From an uncultured Gemmatimonadota bacterium (GTDB lineage: Bacteria; JAAXHH01), in contig OX638340.1 in assembly GCA_951812955.1 (NCBI GenBank), positions 1,888,001-1,952,000 of the forward strand: a DNA stretch of 64,000 nt. Reading direction: 5' to 3'. Below, piece by piece: positions 58,182-64,000 of this stretch (position 1 is its first letter; every line of letters begins with the position of its first letter). Both the position numbers and the translations under genes were made by a program. The notes under the pieces were generated by a model. That model saw only the letters and a list, made by a program, of their open reading frames with translations. It was not told the DNA's origin and did not search any database.

Positions 58182-58762
58182 TGAGTCGGCTCGGTTTGCC
58201 GGATCCCAAACCGGTGCTTTACCGCATCATGCACCTGGCGGTCTGCGTCGCCATAGTGGTATCCTTACCTGCCGCCGCCCAGGAAACAGCGGAGAATAAC
58301 ACCATGTTCTGGTCGACGACGCTGAAGATGATCCGTGCGAAGTTCCCCGGGGTCGCCCAGCTTTCCACCGACAGCCTGCAGGTTTGGCTCGAAGCGGCGC
58401 CGGACCGGCCGGGCCGGGAAAGCCCGTTGCTTCTCGACGTGCGGGAAAAGGAAGAATACGAGGTCAGCCACCTGGAAGGCGCCCTGCTCGCCACCTCGGA
58501 AAAAGAAGCACTGCAGGCGCTGGAAGACGTTCCCCCGGACCAGCCCGTCGTGCTGTACTGTTCCGTGGGCTACCGCTCATCGGAAATGGCCGGCTATCTG
58601 GAGAAGAAGGGGTTCAGGAAAGTCTTCAACCTGGAGGGGTCGATCTTCGCCTGGGCGAACGAGGGACGGCCCGTATACCGGGGCGACGATCGCGCGCATG
58701 TCGTCCATCCCTACGACCGCGTATGGGGCAAGCTGCTGAAGAAGGCGCTTCGGGCTAGGTAA
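58181..58762 (+). CDS. secreted rhodanese-domain protein
   Basis: Start overlaps the upstream stop (TGATG). Signal peptide LAVCVAIVVSLPAAAQE. Active-site YCSVGYRS. Confidence 0.75.
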   Translation: MSRLGLPDPKPVLYRIMHLAVCVAIVVSLPAAAQETAENNTMFWSTTLKMIRAKFPGVAQLSTDSLQVWLEAAPDRPGRESPLLLDVREKEEYEVSHLEGALLATSEKEALQALEDVPPDQPVVLYCSVGYRSSEMAGYLEKKGFRKVFNLEGSIFAWANEGRPVYRGDDRAHVVHPYDRVWGKLLKKALRAR

Positions 58763-58984
58763 GCCGAGGCTATTCGATTTTGGCTGTTGCATTGCTCCCT
58801 TTGGCCTAGTCACGAGAAAGGTGGATTGTTGACACGGAAAGGATGGTTCGTTGAAGAGTGGTACATTGTTGAAGCGTAACAGACGAACCGGGGCGGTTTC
58901 CCTAATCGATCGGCTCGGGTTCCCTGAACTGCGCTGACGTGACGAGCCAAGTCGCTAATTCAAAGGGTGATCCGTCTAAACGCG

Positions 58985-59014
58985 TTGACAGGATGGTTCT
59001 CAAATGCTTATAGT
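58985..59014 (+). promoter_or_regulatory. sigma70-like promoter TTGACA-N18-TATAGT upstream of the methyltransferase/endonuclease pair
   Basis: TTGACA at 58985-58990 and TATAGT at 59009-59014. The TTGACA-GGATGGTTC motif is also present ~155 bp upstream (58827). Confidence 0.35.
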
Positions 59015-59150
59015 CCGGTAGAGAACCACTCAGTTGTATCTCGGCCTCATGCGGTCACGTATTGCGCAGTCCAAAACCAGTAAAATGGCCGTGCGAACTG
59101 CCGATCATGGTATGTTACAGCACACATGCGATGACAAGCGAACGATTAAC

Positions 59151-60098
59151 ATGAACCATTCGCCAACCGATACGTCCGCGCCGACAGGTACGCTCGCGCC
59201 AACCAGGCACGACCCTATCGAAGTTTCTCCGATACGGGCGGTGAACGTGGCTTTGGTCCCTCAACGAAGTCCGCTGCGGTACCCCGGTGGAAAGACGTGG
59301 CTGATTCCGCATATCCGGTTCTGGCTCGGCAAGATCGACCCTTCGCCTCGACTTCTGATCGAACCCTTCGCCGGCGGCGGGATCGTCTCCCTGACAGCGG
59401 TCATGGAAGGACTGGCCGAGCGGTGCATCATGGCGGAACTGGACCCCGACGTGGCTGCTTTCTGGCAGGCGGCGCTCAGGTCCGGACCTGAGCTCTGCGA
59501 CAAGGTGCTGCGCTTCCGACCAACGCGGGAAGCCGTCGAAGCCGTGGCGAGTATCAGACCGAGCGACCCGGTAGACCATGGTTTCCGCACGCTCGTGCTC
59601 AACCGAACGCGAAGGGGTGGCATTCTGGCTCCCGGCGCGGCGCTCAGTCGGGCGGGAGAAAACGGGAAGGGCGTCGCGTCCCGCTGGTATCCCGAAACCA
59701 TCGTAGGCCGTTTACGAGAGATCGCGGAACACGCCGACCGCATCGGCTTTCGCGAAACCGACGGCATCGGGTTGTTGGAGGAGTTGCTGGAAGCACGCGC
59801 GGGATCGGCGCTGGAGAACCCTTCCGACCCGGTGGTCTTCGCCGACCCTCCGTACACGGCCGGCGGCAAGCGCGCGGGAAGGCGGCTGTACACCCACAAC
59901 GAGATCGACCATCACCGGTTGTTCGAACTGCTTGCGGACAGCGGTGCGCGTTTCCTGATGACCTACGACAGGTCGTCCGAGATCGTGGCTCTCAGCCGGA
60001 AGCATGGATTCCACGCGGTACAGGTGACCATGAAGAACACCCATCACGCACGGATACCGGAACTGATCATCACCCCCGAACCGGTGTTCGTCAGTTGA
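59151..60098 (+). CDS. Dam-like (D12 class, alpha-group) N6-adenine DNA methyltransferase
   Basis: RYPGGK N-terminal AdoMet motif and DPPY catalytic motif. ORF opens at 59034, so the exact start is uncertain. Confidence 0.8.
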   Translation: MNHSPTDTSAPTGTLAPTRHDPIEVSPIRAVNVALVPQRSPLRYPGGKTWLIPHIRFWLGKIDPSPRLLIEPFAGGGIVSLTAVMEGLAERCIMAELDPDVAAFWQAALRSGPELCDKVLRFRPTREAVEAVASIRPSDPVDHGFRTLVLNRTRRGGILAPGAALSRAGENGKGVASRWYPETIVGRLREIAEHADRIGFRETDGIGLLEELLEARAGSALENPSDPVVFADPPYTAGGKRAGRRLYTHNEIDHHRLFELLADSGARFLMTYDRSSEIVALSRKHGFHAVQVTMKNTHHARIPELIITPEPVFVS

Positions 60099-60973
60099 GT
60101 TCCCGTTACGGCATCGCGGAATGGTACGGGTTGCCATTCCCCTATCTCCCACCTGCTGCCCGCCATCATCTTGCAAAAAAAGCGTTACGGGAAGACCCCA
60201 ATGCTCCCGCGTGTCCGTTTCAAAACGGCCGGCCTCCATGCCGAAAGCGTGGCGGAATATGTTCCCTTGTTCGCTATGAACGGGATTCGGACGGAAGGCT
60301 TGGCTTGCCAAAAGGAAATCCGGTCATCGTTTGTCCGTCCCGATTCGAGGAAGAGCAACTGCTCGTTACCTGGTTGGCCGAGATCGTTGGCTTTGGACCG
60401 GACGAGGCGATGATCGCTCGCGAAGTAGCCTTCATGGAAGGAACCAGCACGGAGAGACCGGCTGGAAAAATCGATCTAGTCGTCGCCAGGGCCTCCAATG
60501 ACGATCTGAAATGGTTTGGACTGGAAATACAAGCCGTCTATTTCTCAGGTCAAGGCATGCCGTCCGAGTTCGCCAACCTACGGGACGACGATCATCGAAG
60601 ACCACCGTTTCCAAACGCGGTCCGTAGACCGGACTGGCGCTCTTCGAGCGCAAAGCGCCTCATGCCGCAGTTGCAAATCAAAGTGCCGACGCTACGCCGA
60701 TGGGGTTCGAAACTCGCCGTGTCGGTAGACCGGCCGTTTTTCGATTCGATTGGTGGTCCCAGTGCGCATCCCAGCCAGGACCTCAACGATGGGGACATCA
60801 TCTGGTTGATCCCGGAGTTGAAGCGGGAAGCCGGTGGTAACTTCAGGCTCACTCGGGGACATTGGGAAGTGCTCACGTTGGAGGATACGACCCGGAAACT
60901 CCTTGCGGCGGAAACGATCCGGCGGGAAGCGTTTGAGCAGGAGCTCCGCAGCAAACTCGAAGCGCTTCGGTGA
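60095..60973 (+). CDS. candidate type II restriction endonuclease (Cys-rich N-terminus, NotI-family-like)
   Basis: TTG start overlapping the methyltransferase stop (TTGA). Cys ladder ACPF...PCRK...GICS...VCPS. Possible D...E-x-Q/K region (KIDLVV...LEIQ). The NotI-family attribution is from memory and needs checking. Confidence 0.5.
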   Translation: MSSRYGIAEWYGLPFPYLPPAARHHLAKKALREDPNAPACPFQNGRPPCRKRGGICSLVRYERDSDGRLGLPKGNPVIVCPSRFEEEQLLVTWLAEIVGFGPDEAMIAREVAFMEGTSTERPAGKIDLVVARASNDDLKWFGLEIQAVYFSGQGMPSEFANLRDDDHRRPPFPNAVRRPDWRSSSAKRLMPQLQIKVPTLRRWGSKLAVSVDRPFFDSIGGPSAHPSQDLNDGDIIWLIPELKREAGGNFRLTRGHWEVLTLEDTTRKLLAAETIRREAFEQELRSKLEALR

Positions 60974-61073
60974 GGCAGCGGACGACACCCGGGATACTGG
61001 GGTTCAAGATCGACGACTCGGTGTTAACCTTATGTCATCGGATGTGTAGTGCACCCCAAAATGGGACAAGTAG

Positions 61074-61748
61074 TTAAGCTACAGTTTTAACACGTGTCAT
61101 CCTCTGCTCGAACTCGACCGGCGGTCTGTAGTCCAGGGCCGAGTGCAAGCGCTTGCGATTGTATAGTTTGTCGATGAAGTAGCCGATGCGTGATCGGGCT
61201 TCTTCCAGGGATTCGTACTCGTAGAGATAGACCTCCTCGTATTTGAGCGTCCTGATGAAGCGCTCTGCCCTGGCGTTGTCATAGGGGTTGCCTTGCCGGC
61301 TCATGCTGATCCGTATGCCAGCGTTCTTGAGCGTGTCTACATAGGCTTTCGAGGCATACTGCACGCTCCGGTCGGAGTGATGCACAAGCCCTTTCTGCGC
61401 TGGTCTGGCGGCCAGGGCGCTGTCGAGGGCGTTCAGGGCCAAGGTGGCATCGAGGGTTCGATCCAAGGCCCAGCCGATGCATCTTCTGCTGCAGGCGTCA
61501 AGGATCACCGCCAGATAGACCCATTCGCGAGCCAGCCTTATGTAGGTGATGTCGGATACCCAGAGCTGGTTGACATTGGTTACGTTCAGTTCCGGGACCA
61601 GGTTGGCGTAAACGGCGCGGTCGTGATTCGAGTCGGTGGTCGCTACGAAGGCTCGGCGCCGCAGGGCAAGCAGGTTGTCCTCGCGCATGAGACGCAGAAC
61701 GCGCTTGTGGTTCACATGGTATCCCATACGCTTTAGCGCGCGGGTCAT
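61074..61748 (-). CDS. IS3-family transposase OrfB (DDE integrase core)
   Basis: 224-aa frame with the rve-domain DDE pattern (...VSDITYI...LDACSRRCIGW...HSDRSVQY...). The N-terminal part lies in the -1 frame upstream. Confidence 0.85.
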   Translation of the reverse strand: MTRALKRMGYHVNHKRVLRLMREDNLLALRRRAFVATTDSNHDRAVYANLVPELNVTNVNQLWVSDITYIRLAREWVYLAVILDACSRRCIGWALDRTLDATLALNALDSALAARPAQKGLVHHSDRSVQYASKAYVDTLKNAGIRISMSRQGNPYDNARAERFIRTLKYEEVYLYEYESLEEARSRIGYFIDKLYNRKRLHSALDYRPPVEFEQRMTRVKTVA

Positions 61749-62064
61749 GGGACGGTAACCGTAGGCGGGTCAGGAAAGGGCGAGCCTGTGGATCTGATCC
61801 CGCAGTGCAAGGTCCGGATCCGTACGACCACGACGACCGCGGTAGTAGCTGGATCGACCGATCGAGAGCGTCCTGCACAGACGCTTGACCACGGCGCGGT
61901 CGGTGGACGCCTTTGATTGAGCGACCAGGCAGATCATGAGCTTCCTCCATTGCCTCGGGCTGAGCGTGGGATCTCCTCGAGCCGACTCAAGACTTTTTTT
62001 AACACATCGTTCTCCATGGTCAGTTGACCGACCTTGCGCTCAAGGGCCTAGGGTCCGGGCCTCG

Positions 62065-62259
62065 TCACTTACCGCCTTGCCATCCATTACCGGGGAAAGC
62101 GCGGTCGCCCTGGCGGCGAAGCTGCTGACGCCACCTGTGGATCAGCGTAGGATGGACCTGGTGTTCTCGGGCCAACTGGCTGATGGATTTGCCCGAATCG
62201 GCTTCCTGGAGAACCTGGAGCTTGAACTCGCGGGTGAACTGACGGCGTTTCAGGGACAT
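62065..62259 (-). CDS. IS3-family transposase OrfA (HTH)
   Basis: MSLKRRQFTREFKLQVLQEADSGKSISQLAREHQVHPTLIHRWRQQ is a typical IS3 OrfA helix-turn-helix. Confidence 0.75.
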   Translation of the reverse strand: MSLKRRQFTREFKLQVLQEADSGKSISQLAREHQVHPTLIHRWRQQLRRQGDRAFPGNGWQGGK

Positions 62260-62328
62260 GGGGTACCTCCTCGTTCAGAAGGAAGCTTAACTCACTGTCC
62301 CGGACAAGGGTGCAGTACACAGAACACG

Positions 62329-63252
62329 TTACAGAGGAAGTTTGTTGTAGCTGATTCCGAATCCAAACCGCACATCGTAAGAGCTCTGAGTCGGGACGGT
62401 GCTAAGCTCTTCGATATTCGAAGTATCGATCTTAGAGCCGCCCTGCATCGTCGGACCTTGACTTATATGAGCACCAAAGGTGAGCCAAGTAGACTTTCCG
62501 ATCTCCAAACTTGGACCGAAGATATATTCTAGAACCGTTCCCGGTTCGCCTCCGATTTCTGCGAGCGTTCCTAAACTCAAGTTTACATCCCAACCATTAC
62601 CAATCCGCAAAACGTGCGAATTAACAACGGTTCCTGGCATCACTTGGAAATCCGACCAACTTGTGAAGAAACCGACGCTAATAGAGAACGGGGACTCGCA
62701 AACGAACGTGACCAAAGGATACTCATTCTTCTTGGCGGCTTCGTTTTTCTCCCCGTCCTCATTATCTTGCGGGAACAAGTCGAAAACCACCAAGGTCCAC
62801 TCTTCTTTTCGAGATTTGAAGTCGCACTCGATCGACTGTGAGATTTCAGACTTGGTGCCCTTGTGCATCTCAATAGATGATTGAAGGTATCTTTTTAATG
62901 CCGTAATCTGATCGTTCGCTTGACTCCACTTACTTTCTGCTAATTCAATCTCTACAAGAGCACTGCCAGTCTGCGTCAACGCACTGTCAATCTGTGCCAA
63001 CAAAACACTGTCAGGTAATTGCAATGCACCGCCAAGTGCCTCCCTGTTGTTCCTATTTGCCAAGTTCATCAAACGATCCTGAAGGGAAACTTGGCGATCC
63101 TGAAGGGAAGATATCTGCGGCCAGTTTCCCTTCTCAATTTCACCTATGAGTTGACCGCTTCTGTATATCAGTGTGTCGCTTGGAAAATACATATTACTAA
63201 TATCAATGAAATCGCGCAGTTTCTTAATCTGATTAGAGGTTACTTGACGCAA
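62329..63252 (-). CDS. hypothetical protein (coiled-coil N-terminus, beta-rich C-terminus), lower-GC cargo
   Basis: 307-aa ORF in a ~47% GC segment. No recognisable motifs. May be the 3' part of a frameshifted larger gene together with 63240-63767. Confidence 0.4.
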   Translation of the reverse strand: MRQVTSNQIKKLRDFIDISNMYFPSDTLIYRSGQLIGEIEKGNWPQISSLQDRQVSLQDRLMNLANRNNREALGGALQLPDSVLLAQIDSALTQTGSALVEIELAESKWSQANDQITALKRYLQSSIEMHKGTKSEISQSIECDFKSRKEEWTLVVFDLFPQDNEDGEKNEAAKKNEYPLVTFVCESPFSISVGFFTSWSDFQVMPGTVVNSHVLRIGNGWDVNLSLGTLAEIGGEPGTVLEYIFGPSLEIGKSTWLTFGAHISQGPTMQGGSKIDTSNIEELSTVPTQSSYDVRFGFGISYNKLPL

Positions 63253-63767
63253 GCTGTTAGCCTGGTTTTGTGCAACGTCGGTTTCTTAAGCAAAGAGGCG
63301 GTTTCTCTAAATAAAGAATCGATGCCTTCAGGCGGTGTGCCAACGTTGCTTATATTAAACGAGGAATTGACGTTTTGAAACACACTATCAGCCTGGATTT
63401 CATTCGTCATCTCCCATTGGCATAGCTGGCGCAGGTAGTTGAGCGTATTGGGGGCGTCAAGCGCCTCAACCTGACGGCGGATTTCGTATCTATAGCGAAC
63501 TAAGTTAAGATCCACTACTGTGATGGATGCTTTGTAATGAACTTGCACTTCACCATAGGAACCTTGGGGCCTTTGAAGGGAGTAAGTCAAATCTTGTCCG
63601 GCAGCTACCGGCATATCTGATCCGACAAACAACAGCACACCGGCGATGTGGAAAAGAGCATTTAATAGACGATACTTCGTCCGAGATCCCCGTGGTGGTC
63701 CTAAGGAAACGAGCGGTATTCCTGAAATGACGGTTCTCACGTTTCGGTTCTCCGACATCCCTTTCAT
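63240..63767 (-). CDS. hypothetical secreted protein (possible 5' part of a split gene)
   Basis: 175-aa ORF with a signal-like LFHIAGVLLFVGSDMPVAAGQD. Ends 12 nt inside the start of the next ORF, in another frame. Confidence 0.35.
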   Translation of the reverse strand: MKGMSENRNVRTVISGIPLVSLGPPRGSRTKYRLLNALFHIAGVLLFVGSDMPVAAGQDLTYSLQRPQGSYGEVQVHYKASITVVDLNLVRYRYEIRRQVEALDAPNTLNYLRQLCQWEMTNEIQADSVFQNVNSSFNISNVGTPPEGIDSLFRETASLLKKPTLHKTRLTACVK

Positions 63768-63858
63768 AAACGACCTCCTGTAATTGGCCTCAAAAACTGG
63801 ATCTCGTCAAAGGTGGATGTACCATAGCAGACAACCCGGCACGCGGAAGGCCGATGGT

Positions 63859-64000
63859 ATGTTGAAAAGACGCAGACGGGCCCAGCGTCCGGTGCAAGTT
63901 TCAGGTGGCTCTCGAAGCGCTCATGGGACTGAAGGCCATCAGCCAGTTGGCCGCGGAGCATCAAGGCCAACACAATCAGATCACCAAATGGAAACGCCGG
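63859..64000 (+). pseudogene. second IS3-family orfA (5' end), apparent frameshift near codon 7-9, truncated by window edge
   Basis: Frame 0 MLKRRR... then frame +1 ...KFQVALEALMGLKAISQLAAEHQGQHNQITKWKRR. This aligns residue-for-residue with OrfA of the 61043-62321 element. The switch lies in CGGGCCCAG (63877-63886). Confidence 0.4.

Larger units (their letters stand above)
61043..62321 (-). mobile_element. complete IS3-family insertion sequence (orfA/orfB with a -1 frameshift, ~38-bp imperfect terminal inverted repeats)
   Basis: IRL TGTGTAGTGCACCCCAAAATGGGACAAGTAGTTAAGCT (61043-). IRR reverse complement TGTGTACTGCACCCTTGTCCGGGACAGTGAGTTAAGCTT (-62321). A6G slippery run on the coding strand (around 61975-61985). 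Confidence 0.85.

Noticed and set aside
63764-63973. 69-aa minus-strand ORF at the right edge
   Set aside because: Overlaps the better-supported plus-strand IS3-family orfA fragment. No features of its own.

Overview
High-GC (~62%) bacterial chromosomal segment, probably Gram-negative: outer-membrane beta-barrel and DUF5916-type proteins are present, sigma70-like TTGACA/TACAAT promoters occur, and many products carry Tat or Sec signals. It is densely coding with ~55 genes; no rRNA, tRNA or CRISPR array was recognised. Metabolic content, left to right: a Tat-signal branched-chain-amino-acid-type ABC solute-binding protein and a Tat-signal class-V PLP enzyme; two tandem SAM methyltransferases, a GNAT-like protein and a PhyH dioxygenase; a complete histidine-utilisation operon (hutU-hutH-hutI-hutF) followed by a creatininase-family gene and headed by an RraA-like gene; a ~12-kb co-directional minus-strand operon (Ldh_2 dehydrogenase, D-2-hydroxyacid dehydrogenase, amidohydrolase, a 1528-aa PA/M28-like plus double FtsX-like permease fusion, and two of three paralogous ~680-aa polytopic membrane proteins of an unrecognised family); an MMPL/RND exporter; a contiguous bacillithiol biosynthesis cluster bshC-bshB-bshA; rhodanese genes; three tandem DUF4097 beta-helix repeat lipoproteins; a threonine/serine-dehydratase-like gene; outer-membrane proteins; an arginase/agmatinase-family gene bracketed by duplicated sequence; an AorABC-like tungsten aldehyde:ferredoxin oxidoreductase locus with a duplicated AOR subunit; a GYD-domain gene. 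The right end (~56.2-64 kb) looks like a horizontally acquired defence/mobile island: a P-loop NTPase, an AAA+ ATPase fused to a PD-(D/E)xK-like DUF4143 domain, a Dam-like N6-adenine methyltransferase translationally coupled to a Cys-rich candidate restriction endonuclease, a complete IS3-family element with terminal inverted repeats, lower-GC cargo, and a second, frameshifted IS3-family orfA at the window edge. Most interesting candidates for novel biology: the giant pseudo-peptidase/FtsX fusion with its paralogous membrane-protein partners, the defence island, and the repeat-bracketed arginase-family gene.
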